Assembly: GCA_963728915.1 (NCBI GenBank)
Contig: CAVSLV010000001.1
Span: 32,001-96,000 of the forward strand
Length of the DNA: 64,000 nt
Source of the DNA: an uncultured Gemmatimonadales bacterium
GTDB taxonomy: Bacteria; Gemmatimonadota; Gemmatimonadetes; Gemmatimonadales; GWC2-71-9
Direction: 5' to 3'
The notes under the pieces are model-generated. The model had not been told where the DNA came from. It ran no database searches and saw only the letters and a program-made list of their open reading frames with translations. Below, in pieces: positions 9,143-17,950 of this stretch. The translations under genes were made by a program, and so were the position numbers. Each line of letters opens with the position of its first letter. Positions within the stretch are counted from its first letter, which is position 1.

Positions 9143-11140
9143 ATCGCAAACTCGACCTGGACCGTCAAGGACGCCGAACGCCTCTACAACATGCGGGGCT
9201 GGGGACTCGGGTTCTTCCGGATCAACGCGGAAGGTCACGTCACCGTCCACCCCGATCACACGCCCGACCGGGCGATCGATCTCTACCGGCTCGCCCTCGA
9301 CGCGAACGCCCAGGGGATCGGGCTCCCGCTGCTGATCCGGTTCTCGGACATTCTCAAGGCCCGGATCGCCACGCTCGCGAACGAGTTCCGCCGGGCTATC
9401 GACGAGACCGGATACGAGGGCGCCTACACCACGGTCTATCCGGTGAAGGTGAACCAGCAGCGTCACGTGATCCAGGAGATCGTGCACTTCGGGGCCTCCT
9501 ACGGGGTGGGCCTCGAATGCGGCAGCAAGCCCGAGCTGCAGGCGGTGCTGGGCCTCACCGATCGCACCGATCACCTGATCGTGTGCAACGGCTACAAGGA
9601 CGAGGAGTTCATGCGGTTTGCCCTCATGGGCAAGCGCCTCGGTCACCAGGTCTTCATCGTGCTGGAGCAGGTGGGCGAGCTGGAGACCGTGTTGCGGGTC
9701 GCCGACGAGATGGGAATCACCCCGAGCCTCGGGGTCCGGATCAAGCTCGCCACCGAGGGGTCGGGCCGGTGGGCCAAATCGGGCGGGGAGCGCTCCAAGT
9801 TCGGGTTGAGTGCGGTGGAGCTCACCAAGCTGCTCGACCGGCTGGCCGAGGCGGGCCGGAAGGACGCCCTCAAGCTGGTCCACTTCCATCTGGGCAGCCA
9901 GATCACCGACATCCGCTACATCAAGGCCGGCCTGGAGGAGATCGGGCGGTACTACGTGGAAATCCGGGAGATGGGCTTCGACCTCTCCCACGTGGACGTG
10001 GGCGGCGGGTTAGGAGTCGACTACGAAGGCTCCAAGACCACCCGGTCGGCCAGCATGAACTACACCACCCGGGAGTACGCCAACGACGTGGTGTACAACC
10101 TGGGCACGGTCTGCCGCCAGTTCGGCCAGCCGATGCCCCACCTCATCTCGGAGTCGGGCCGCGCCCTCACCGCCCACCATGCCCTGCTCCTGCTCAACGT
10201 GACCGGGGTGGAGTCGCTCACCGAACCGGTGGTGCCGGCGCTCCGGGACGAGCCGCCCGCGGTGCTGGTCGAGCTCAAGGAAAACCTCGAGTCCCTGACC
10301 CTCGACCGGGTGGAGGAGGTCTTCCACGACGCGGTGTTCGCCAAGGAGCGGCTCCAGGAGCTCTTCGCCAGCGACGCGATCACCCTCCGCGACATGGCCG
10401 ACATCGAGCAGTTCTACCTGGCCACCATGAACGCGATCGCGGCCCTGATCGCCAATGACCGGGCCAACTACCCCGAAATCGTGAATCATCTGGAAGCCAC
10501 CCTGGTGGACCGGTACTTCTGCAATTTCTCGGTGTTTCAGTCGCTCCCCGACAACTGGGCGATCGACCAGATCTTCCCGATCATGCCGGTGCACCGGCTC
10601 CTCGAGGAGCCGATCCGGCGGGGGACGCTTCAGGATATCACCTGCGACTCCGACGGGGTGATCGACCGGTTCGCCGGAGGGCGGAAGGGGAAGCCCTGCC
10701 TGGAGCTGCACCCCTACCGGCACGGCGAGCCTTACATCCTGGGGATCTTCCTGACCGGCGCCTACCAGGAAATCCTGGGCGATCTGCACAATCTCTTCGG
10801 CGACACCAACGCGGTCCACATCCGGCTGACCGACGCGGGTTATGAAATCACCGACCTGGTCCATGGCGACACCGTGACCGAGGTCCTCAACTACGTCCAG
10901 TTCCACAGCTCCGATCTGCTCCAGACCTTCCGGCGGAAAGTCGGCCGCGCCATCGACCTGTCCCGCCCCGAAGCCAACGCCTTTATTGCCGACTACGTCG
11001 CCGGGCTCGAGGGGTACACCTACCTCGAAGGGGAGCTGCCGATCGATTCGGAGCCCGGCCCGAATGGAGGGCCGCCGACCCCGGGACCGGTCGCCGAACC
11101 GGTGCCCGTCCTCGCCTCGCCTTCGCGCACCGAGACATGA
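9143..11140 (+). CDS. speA: biosynthetic arginine decarboxylase (start probably ATC at 9143; first ATG at 9191)
   Basis: YPVKVNQ (PLP lysine), GLECGSKPEL, HFHLGSQI, ESGRA, CDSDG, GAYQEILGDLHNLFGDT. Confidence 0.95.
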   Translation: MANSTWTVKDAERLYNMRGWGLGFFRINAEGHVTVHPDHTPDRAIDLYRLALDANAQGIGLPLLIRFSDILKARIATLANEFRRAIDETGYEGAYTTVYPVKVNQQRHVIQEIVHFGASYGVGLECGSKPELQAVLGLTDRTDHLIVCNGYKDEEFMRFALMGKRLGHQVFIVLEQVGELETVLRVADEMGITPSLGVRIKLATEGSGRWAKSGGERSKFGLSAVELTKLLDRLAEAGRKDALKLVHFHLGSQITDIRYIKAGLEEIGRYYVEIREMGFDLSHVDVGGGLGVDYEGSKTTRSASMNYTTREYANDVVYNLGTVCRQFGQPMPHLISESGRALTAHHALLLLNVTGVESLTEPVVPALRDEPPAVLVELKENLESLTLDRVEEVFHDAVFAKERLQELFASDAITLRDMADIEQFYLATMNAIAALIANDRANYPEIVNHLEATLVDRYFCNFSVFQSLPDNWAIDQIFPIMPVHRLLEEPIRRGTLQDITCDSDGVIDRFAGGRKGKPCLELHPYRHGEPYILGIFLTGAYQEILGDLHNLFGDTNAVHIRLTDAGYEITDLVHGDTVTEVLNYVQFHSSDLLQTFRRKVGRAIDLSRPEANAFIADYVAGLEGYTYLEGELPIDSEPGPNGGPPTPGPVAEPVPVLASPSRTET

Positions 11141-12009
11141 AGCCGATCGCTCTGGGGACGCTGGCGGCCCTGGCCCTCCTGACCTCTCGAGCCGCGGCCC
11201 AGCATCACCTGCACGGGGGCGAGTCGGCCTCTCCCACTCCCGCCGCCGAGATTCAGCAGGTGAAGCAGGCGGTCGAGGGCCTGAGCACGACGGACGCGGC
11301 CAGGGCCGCCGGCTTCAACCCGGTGCTGGGCTGGATCCCGACCATGGGCACCCATTGGGTGAGCGCCGCGAAGATGCTCTCGGGCAAGCGCTTCGATCCC
11401 ACCGATCCGCCGCAGCTCATGTTCAGTCCGGTGGATGGGCAAGAGAAGCTGGTCGGCGCGGCGTTCGCCTATCTCGCGACCGACAGCGACTCCGCTCGCC
11501 CGGCGACTTTCGCCGGGAATCCCCCTTGGCATGAGCATCCCGATCTCGCTCCGCCTGGGATGACGCTGGTGATGCTGCACGTGTGGTTCGTGGACTCCCC
11601 CGACGGTCCCTTCGCCGGGCACAATCCCTGGCTTCCGTTCTGGGCCCTGGGATTGACTCCGCCGGATGCCGCCCGGCTGCATGATCCGGCGGAAGGGCCC
11701 GGGATCCGCGCCGCGGCCATCGCGCTCAGCGAGGTGGTGGACAGCTCCGGCGTGTTCCCGCGGCTGGCCCAGCGCCCGGCGGTGCAGAGCGCCCTGGCCC
11801 CGGAGCGGACGGCCATCCGGGCCCTGGTGCCGGAGCTGGATCGAGCCCAGCACTCAGGCGACTGGACTCGATGGACCGCGATCGCCGGCCAGCTCGCCGA
11901 CCGCTGGAGGGCCATGCGCCGGATCTATCTCGGATCGATCATCCACGAGGACATCCGGGCGCGGGCGGAGAAGTTCCTGGACGAAATGGAAACGGGCGGA
12001 CACCACTAG
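11137..12009 (+). CDS. secreted hypothetical protein with conserved-looking His motifs
   Basis: Signal peptide (AAAQ cleavage), then MGTHW, WHEH, MLHVW, GPFAGHNP. ATGA overlap with speA. Confidence 0.75.
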   Translation: MKPIALGTLAALALLTSRAAAQHHLHGGESASPTPAAEIQQVKQAVEGLSTTDAARAAGFNPVLGWIPTMGTHWVSAAKMLSGKRFDPTDPPQLMFSPVDGQEKLVGAAFAYLATDSDSARPATFAGNPPWHEHPDLAPPGMTLVMLHVWFVDSPDGPFAGHNPWLPFWALGLTPPDAARLHDPAEGPGIRAAAIALSEVVDSSGVFPRLAQRPAVQSALAPERTAIRALVPELDRAQHSGDWTRWTAIAGQLADRWRAMRRIYLGSIIHEDIRARAEKFLDEMETGGHH

Positions 12010-12011
12010 GG

Positions 12012-12059
12012 GTCCGCCCGTCCGCCCGTCCGCCCGTCCGCCTGTCCGCCTGTCCGCCT
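12012..12059. repeat. six tandem 8-bp units GTCCGCCY between convergent genes
   Basis: GTCCGCCC x3 followed by GTCCGCCT x3. Confidence 0.9.
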
Positions 12060-13383
12060 ATCGACTCTCCATCGGCACGAACTCCCGGACATCCGGCCCG
12101 GTGTAGATCTGGCGGGGCCGGGCAATCTTCTGGTCTTTGTCCTTGAGCATCTCCTCCCACTGGGCCAGCCAGCCGGGGAGCCGTCCGACGGTGAAGAGCA
12201 CGGTGAAGTAGTCGGTCGGGTATCCCATCGCCTGATAAATCAGCCCGGAATAGAAATCCACGTTGGGATACAGTTTCCGGGAGATGAAGTAATCGTCCGA
12301 CAGCGCGATGCGCTCCAGCTCGAGGGCGATCTCCAGCTTCGGATTGAGGCCGGTCTGCTTGAAGACGTCGTCGGCCACCCGCTTGATCAGCTTGGCGCGG
12401 GGGTCGTACGACTTGTAGACCCGGTGCCCGAATCCCATCAGCCGCCCCTCGCCCCGCTTGATCTTCTCGATGTAGCCTGGCACTTCCTTCACGGTGCCGA
12501 TCTCACCGAGCATCCGGAGCACCGCCTCGTTGGCGCCGCCGTGGAGCGGGCCGTAGAGGGCGGCGATGCCCGCCGACACCGCGGAGAATGGGTCCACGTG
12601 GGAGGAGCCCACCGAGCGGACCGCGCTGGTCGAGCAGTTCTGCTCGTGGTCGGCGTGGAGAATCAGCAGGATCTCGAGGGCGCGCTGGAGCACCTTGTTG
12701 GGCTCGTGCTTCCCGCCGATCGAGAACATCATGTTGACGTAGTTCCCGATGTAGTCGAGATCGTTGCGGGGGAATTCGTAGGGAAGTCCGCGGGAGTGCC
12801 GGAAGACGAACGCGGCGATGGTCGGCACCTTGGCCAGGAGCCGGATCCGCTGCACGTAGCGGTTGGCCGGGTCCCCGATGTTCTTGGCGCCCGGGTAGAA
12901 GGTGGACAGGGCGCCGATCGCGCTGAGCATCATTCCCATCGGATGGGCGTCGTAGCGGAAGCCCTCCAGGAACTTGATGATGTTGGTGTGGACGTAGGTG
13001 TGATAGGTGATGTTGTGCACCCATTTGTCCAGCTCGTGGCGGTCGGGCAGCTCGCCCTCGGCGAGCAGGTACGCCACCTCGAGGAAGGTCGCCTGTTCGG
13101 CGAGCTGCTCGATCGGATAGCCGCGGTAGCGGAGAATGCCCCGGTCCCCGTCGATGAAGGTGATCGCGCTCCGGCAGGCGGCGGTGTTCATGAACGCCGG
13201 ATCGTAGGTCATCAGCCCGAAGTCTTCGGCATCGGTCTTGATCTGCCGCAGATCGATCGCATTGATCGTCCCCTCGTGGATCGGGAGGTCGTATTCCTTG
13301 CCGGTCCGATTGTCGGTGATCCTGAGGGTCGGGCTCGGCCCGACGGTCTGGGGCGATTCCGGGGCGGGGGCGGTCTTAGGCAT
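12058..13383 (-). CDS. gltA: citrate synthase
   Basis: GILRYRGYPIE, HADHEQNCST, GPLHGGANE, LMGFGHRVYK, YPNVDFYSG. Confidence 0.97.
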   Translation of the reverse strand: MPKTAPAPESPQTVGPSPTLRITDNRTGKEYDLPIHEGTINAIDLRQIKTDAEDFGLMTYDPAFMNTAACRSAITFIDGDRGILRYRGYPIEQLAEQATFLEVAYLLAEGELPDRHELDKWVHNITYHTYVHTNIIKFLEGFRYDAHPMGMMLSAIGALSTFYPGAKNIGDPANRYVQRIRLLAKVPTIAAFVFRHSRGLPYEFPRNDLDYIGNYVNMMFSIGGKHEPNKVLQRALEILLILHADHEQNCSTSAVRSVGSSHVDPFSAVSAGIAALYGPLHGGANEAVLRMLGEIGTVKEVPGYIEKIKRGEGRLMGFGHRVYKSYDPRAKLIKRVADDVFKQTGLNPKLEIALELERIALSDDYFISRKLYPNVDFYSGLIYQAMGYPTDYFTVLFTVGRLPGWLAQWEEMLKDKDQKIARPRQIYTGPDVREFVPMESR

Positions 13384-13771
13384 GGGGGCTCGGCAGGGTA
13401 ACCGTGCAGGTGGTCTCGAAGCCGCCCCGCACGTTGTAGATGGTTTGCACGATCAGTGATTGGGGGGCCAGCGCCCGGAACAGGTCCTCGGCGATCCGCG
13501 CGGTGGCGTGTTCCTGAAATATCCCCACATTGCGATAACTCACGACATAGTACTTGAGGCTCCTGAGCTCGACACACCGGGTGCGCGGGAGGTACCGAAT
13601 GCTCAGCCGGGCGAAGTCGGGGAGCCCGCTGTACGGACAGACGGCGGAGAACTCCTTCGTCTCGGTGACGATTTCCTGGTCCGGCCCCCCATACTCGAAC
13701 GTTTCCAGGACGGTCGCGTCGATCTGCTCGGGCCCCACGAATGGAACGGTTTTTCCTTCAGCGAGCGCCAT
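13376..13771 (-). CDS. queF: preQ1 synthase (unimodular NADPH-dependent preQ0 reductase)
   Basis: EFSAVCPYSGLPDF, VELRSLKYY, FQEH, NVRGG. Preceded by a GGAGG SD. Confidence 0.93.
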   Translation of the reverse strand: MALAEGKTVPFVGPEQIDATVLETFEYGGPDQEIVTETKEFSAVCPYSGLPDFARLSIRYLPRTRCVELRSLKYYVVSYRNVGIFQEHATARIAEDLFRALAPQSLIVQTIYNVRGGFETTCTVTLPSPHA

Positions 13772-13792
13772 GGCTCCTCCCGGTCGAAAAAT

Positions 13793-15667
13793 CTAATCGC
13801 CCCGGCGCGGCTGACCCGTCACCCGCAGAATCCCTTCTTCCAGCCAGGCCTCCTCTCCGGCCAGCACCCGCTGCGCCAGCCGGTAGGTCCGGTCGTCTTC
13901 GTTGTCGAACACGCTGGCGAAGAGCTGCGCCACCCGGCGGCGACTCTGCCGGGCCAGCAGGTCCGCCATCGCGACGGGTCCCCGGTTCGCCGGATGCTGC
14001 TTGGCCATCATGACGGCTCGACTGCAGGACGCGCTGATCGCGAGCAGCTCGGCGCCGACGTCGACCAGGCGGAACAGCACCGATTGTTTTTTCTCGAGCC
14101 GCGGCCCGAACCGGACCATCGCATGGAACAAGGTCCTGGCCAGTTTTCGTGAGGCGCGGTTGACGAACCGCATGTGGGTCGCGAGGCTCCCGAAGTCGGC
14201 GTATCGAGGCCAGCGTCCCCAGCCGATCCATTGCCGGGGATACCATACCGCGTAGAACCCCGCTGCCCGCAGCGCGGCCCGGAGCTTCGCGCCGGTCGAC
14301 GCCTTGGGGTTCACCAGGTCGCCGGCAATCCTGAGATGGGTGTCGACCGCCTCCCGCGCGATGAACAACCGCATGATCTCGGTGGATCCCTCGAACAGCC
14401 GGTTGATCCGCCAGTCGCGCAACATCCGCTCCACCGGATCGGGCCGCTCTCCGTGGGAGCGCAGCGAGTCGGCGGTCTCGTAGCCGCGACCACCCTTGAT
14501 CTGGAGGCAGTCGTCCACGATCCGCCAGCCGACTTCGGTGTTCCACAGCTTGGCGATCGCCGCTTCGAGCCGGATGTCCGCGCCTTCGCGGTCGGCCAGG
14601 AGGCATCCCAGCTCGGCGATGGATTGCATCGCGAAGACTTCCGACGCCATCTGACCGAGTTTCTGGGCGATCGCATCATGCTTCCCGATCGGCGCGCCCC
14701 ATTGCACCCGTTCGGCGGCCCAGACCCGGGCAATCTCCAGGGCGCGCTTGGCCCCGGCCGCGCAACCCGCCGGAATGGTGAGACGGCCGGTATTCAGCGT
14801 GATCAGGGCGAGCTTGAGGCCTTTGCCTTCCTCCCAGAGGACATTTTCGGCCGGGACCTGGACGTTGGTGAACCGGAGAATCCCGTTCTCGATGGCCCGA
14901 AGCCCCATGAAGTGGAGGCGCTGGACGACTTCGACCCCGGGCCAGTCCTTCTCCACGATGAAGGCGGTGATCCGCTTGGGTCCGGTCCGCGCCATGACCA
15001 CCAGCAGATCGGCGACGGTCCCGTTGGTGCACCAGAGCTTCTCGCCGTTCAGGATCCAGTGGCGGCCGTCCTGACTCAGCACCGCGGAGGTGGAAAGGCC
15101 GGCTGGATCACTCCCGACCTGGGGCTCGGTGAGGGCGAACGCGGTGATCGTTCCCCGGGCGATGCGGGGGAGGTACTTCCGCTTCTGGGCCTCGGTCCCG
15201 AACAGCTTGAGGGGGACCGGGACGCCGATCGACTGGCTGGCGGAGAGGAGGGCGGTCAGGCTGCCATCCCAGCTGGTCACCAGGCCGATGGCGCGGGCGT
15301 ACATGAGCTGCGAGAGGCCTAACCCGCCGTACTCTTCCGGAATCTTGATCCCGAAGGCCCCCATCTCCTGGAGCCCTCGCACCACGTCTTCGGGGATCTG
15401 GCCCTCCCGGTCGATCCGGTCCCCGTCGACCTTCTCCCGGAGGAACCGCGCCAGCCGCTCCAGGAACGGCGCGGCCTTGGCGACCGCCTCGGCGGTCGGT
15501 TCCGGGAAAGGATGGATCAGGTCGAGCCGGAGCCGGCCTTCGAAGAGCTCCTTGACGAAGCTGTCGCGCCACTCCTGCTCGCGCGCGGCCTCGGCGACCT
15601 CGCGGGCTTCCTGGGAGGTTGGAAGGTCGGGAGGTCGGGAGCTGGGGCGGGTCATGACGTCGGTCAT
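13793..15667 (-). CDS. acyl-CoA dehydrogenase (ACAD9/VLCAD-like, C-terminal extension)
   Basis: AFALTEPQVGSD, LNGEKLWCTNG, LNTGR, QIKGGRGYE, RLFEGSTEIMR. Confidence 0.93.
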   Translation of the reverse strand: MTDVMTRPSSRPPDLPTSQEAREVAEAAREQEWRDSFVKELFEGRLRLDLIHPFPEPTAEAVAKAAPFLERLARFLREKVDGDRIDREGQIPEDVVRGLQEMGAFGIKIPEEYGGLGLSQLMYARAIGLVTSWDGSLTALLSASQSIGVPVPLKLFGTEAQKRKYLPRIARGTITAFALTEPQVGSDPAGLSTSAVLSQDGRHWILNGEKLWCTNGTVADLLVVMARTGPKRITAFIVEKDWPGVEVVQRLHFMGLRAIENGILRFTNVQVPAENVLWEEGKGLKLALITLNTGRLTIPAGCAAGAKRALEIARVWAAERVQWGAPIGKHDAIAQKLGQMASEVFAMQSIAELGCLLADREGADIRLEAAIAKLWNTEVGWRIVDDCLQIKGGRGYETADSLRSHGERPDPVERMLRDWRINRLFEGSTEIMRLFIAREAVDTHLRIAGDLVNPKASTGAKLRAALRAAGFYAVWYPRQWIGWGRWPRYADFGSLATHMRFVNRASRKLARTLFHAMVRFGPRLEKKQSVLFRLVDVGAELLAISASCSRAVMMAKQHPANRGPVAMADLLARQSRRRVAQLFASVFDNEDDRTYRLAQRVLAGEEAWLEEGILRVTGQPRRGD

Positions 15668-16338
15668 GGGGAGTATCCGTCGGGGTAGGCGCCCCGCTGG
15701 CGCAGGGCGCCCAGCAGCAGCGTGGTGATGTGTCGCTTGCGTTGCTCGGCAAAGTCGGGCGCCTGCGGATCGAGGCCGACCGTCTTGAGGAAGGTTCGCC
15801 CGTGCACCAGCGGGAACCAGGTGAGCGCGACCAGCGAGAGGAGCAGGTGCGCCGCTTCGGCGCTGTCCGAGATGTCGAGACCGAGCTCCTGCGTGAAGGC
15901 CGCCAGCGCCTCCTGCCAGACCGCGGACCGGAGCGGCATGCCTTCCAGCACCTTCCGGTCGGAGAGGGCCTCGCGCTCGATCAGCCGCACGAAGTTGGGC
16001 CGTGCGGCGACGAAGTCGGCGTAGTCGGCGACCGCACCGGCGAGAATGACCTCGGGGCTTTCCCCACTTGCCAGCGCCCGCTCCTTGCCTTCACGCACCG
16101 CTCGACGGACGTCCTCGAAGCACCGTTCCAGGACGGCGCGATGGAGCTCGGCTTTCGAACCGAAGAAGTAGCCCGGCGTCGCCCTGGAGACGCCCGCGGC
16201 GCGGCCCACCTCGGCGAGGGAGGTCTCCTCGAAGCCCTGCTCGGCGAACAGGTGTTCGGCTGCGTCCAGGATGATGGAACGGGTTCGTGCGGCGTTCCGG
16301 ACCGGATCGCGGGATTTGGGTTTGGTGGTTCGAAGCAT
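15664..16338 (-). CDS. TetR/AcrR family transcriptional regulator
   Basis: ILDAAEHLFAEQGFEETSLAEVGRAAGVSRATPGYFFGSK helix-turn-helix. Start uncertain (16338 or 16353). Confidence 0.9.
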   Translation of the reverse strand: MLRTTKPKSRDPVRNAARTRSIILDAAEHLFAEQGFEETSLAEVGRAAGVSRATPGYFFGSKAELHRAVLERCFEDVRRAVREGKERALASGESPEVILAGAVADYADFVAARPNFVRLIEREALSDRKVLEGMPLRSAVWQEALAAFTQELGLDISDSAEAAHLLLSLVALTWFPLVHGRTFLKTVGLDPQAPDFAEQRKRHITTLLLGALRQRGAYPDGYSP

Positions 16339-16372
16339 CTGGTGTAACCCCAATCGCTGGGGGGACCACGTG

Positions 16373-16394
16373 ACTTGCTAGCCAGCTAGCAAGT
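16373..16394. promoter_or_regulatory. palindromic operator candidate between tetR and dinB
   Basis: Perfect 10-bp inverted repeat ACTTGCTAGC-ca-GCTAGCAAGT. Confidence 0.65.
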
Positions 16395-16473
16395 TATCCC
16401 ATCGCCACATTCCTGGCAACTGCGCGGTCGCAGTTGGCCCCGATTCTATCTTTGGCCTACCGGTCCCCAACCC

Positions 16474-17739
16474 ATGTCCTTCGCCAACGCTCCGCGCATC
16501 CTCCTCGCCGACTGCGACCAGATGTTCGTCGCCGTGGCCCGTCGTGCCGACCCGGATGGCGCGGGAAAGGCCCGGCTTCTGGTCGTGGGCGGCAGCGCCA
16601 AGAGTCGCGGCGTGGTGTGTTCGGCCTCCTGGGAAGCCCGGGACTTCGGCCTCCGGGCCGGTATGCCGATCGCCCGGGCGGTCCGCCTCTGTCCCCAGGC
16701 GATGTATGTGCCGGTGCCGGGCCGCGCCTGTCAGGAGGCGCACCGCGCCATCCGGCAGGTGCTGGAGCAGTGGACCCCGGAGGTCGAGCCGGCCAGCGTC
16801 GACGAGTTCTACCTGGACCTGACCGGCACCGAGCGGCTCTACCGGGAGGAGCCGCTGGAAGCCACGGCCACGCGGGTTAGGGGCAGCGTCCGCGAAGCCA
16901 CCGGGTTCAGCCTGTCGATCGGCGGTGGGACCAACCGGCTGATCGCCAAGATGGCCGCCGAGCGCGCCAAGCCCCGGCCCGGCTCAGGGGGAACCGGCGT
17001 GCTGGTAATTCCGCCAGGGGAGGAGGCCGCCTTCATGGCCGAACGGGACCTGGCCGAAATCCCCGGCGTCGGGCCTCGACTTCAGGCCGAGCTCGGCAAA
17101 CGTGCCCTGCTGCGGGTGAGCCAGGCGCTCCGCCTCGAGGAAGCGACCCTGATCAGGTGGCTCGGAAAAGGCACCGGAGGATGGCTCTACCGGTGCATTC
17201 GGGGCCAGGGCTCCGCCGACCTCCACATGGAGCCGGCCAGCAAATCGATCAGCCGGGAAACCACGTTCTCCCGCGATCTTTCCGGCGATGACGCGGTGGA
17301 GTCGCGGTTGCTGAGGTTGCTGAGCGAGCTCGCCGCGGAGCTGCGGCGGGAACGACTCGCGACCCGCTGCGTGACCGTGAAGCTGCGCGACCACGATTTT
17401 CGCACCCGGCAAGCGGGCCGGACCCTCCCCGAGGCGGTCAGCACCGATCGGGCGTTGTTCGAAATCGCGAGGGAGCTGCTGCGAAGCCTGCGACAGCGGC
17501 GCCGCGCACCGGCGCGTCTGGTGGGAATCAGCTTCTCCGGACTTCAATCGATCGACGGGCCCGACCAGCTGGACCTCCTTTCCGGCCAGGGACGGCTGGA
17601 GACGCCCCGTGATCGACGGCTCGCCGCCGCGGTGGACCGGATCGGAGAAAAACTCGGCCCTGGCGCGATTCGACCCGCCCGGCTGAGCGACCGGCCCCCT
17701 TCATCACGAATTCATCTCGGGTTCACACCTCCCAGGTAG
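16474..17739 (+). CDS. dinB: DNA polymerase IV (Y family)
   Basis: LADCDQMFVAV, RGVVCSASWEAR, SVDEFYLD, AKMA..RAKP, KSISRETTF little-finger domain. Confidence 0.92.
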   Translation: MSFANAPRILLADCDQMFVAVARRADPDGAGKARLLVVGGSAKSRGVVCSASWEARDFGLRAGMPIARAVRLCPQAMYVPVPGRACQEAHRAIRQVLEQWTPEVEPASVDEFYLDLTGTERLYREEPLEATATRVRGSVREATGFSLSIGGGTNRLIAKMAAERAKPRPGSGGTGVLVIPPGEEAAFMAERDLAEIPGVGPRLQAELGKRALLRVSQALRLEEATLIRWLGKGTGGWLYRCIRGQGSADLHMEPASKSISRETTFSRDLSGDDAVESRLLRLLSELAAELRRERLATRCVTVKLRDHDFRTRQAGRTLPEAVSTDRALFEIARELLRSLRQRRRAPARLVGISFSGLQSIDGPDQLDLLSGQGRLETPRDRRLAAAVDRIGEKLGPGAIRPARLSDRPPSSRIHLGFTPPR

Positions 17740-17770
17740 TCTGAACCAGACGCCAACCGGCAGGGGAAGA

Positions 17771-17941
17771 ATGAGTCGCCCGGGATTGACCATTTTCGTG
17801 ATTTTCTTCGGCCTGTCGTTCCTGGATGCGGTCCGGAACGGACCCTGGGTCCGGGTGGTGCTCTGGGCGGTGCTGGCCCTGGCGTTCGCGGGGCTGGATC
17901 TGATGCGGGGACGCCGGAGGGGTGCTCGGCGCCTGCGTTAG
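17771..17941 (+). CDS. small 56-aa membrane protein (not in the ORF track)
   Basis: MSRPGLTIFVIFFGLSFLDAVRNGPWVRVVLWAVLALAFAGLDLMRGRRRGARRLR: two hydrophobic segments, basic tail, purine-rich GGGGAAGA before ATG, and it fills the intergenic gap. Confidence 0.7.
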   Translation: MSRPGLTIFVIFFGLSFLDAVRNGPWVRVVLWAVLALAFAGLDLMRGRRRGARRLR

Positions 17942-17950
17942 GCCGGCGGG

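Noticed and set aside
12012..12059. Repeat arrays as CRISPR
   Set aside because: The units are 7-8 bp, directly tandem, with no spacers and no cas genes.
6782..13771. queC/queE/queF as a 7-deazaguanine DNA-modification (dpd) defence island
   Set aside because: No dpdA/TGT-like, helicase or nuclease genes are present. QueF points to ordinary tRNA queuosine synthesis, and the neighbours are housekeeping genes.
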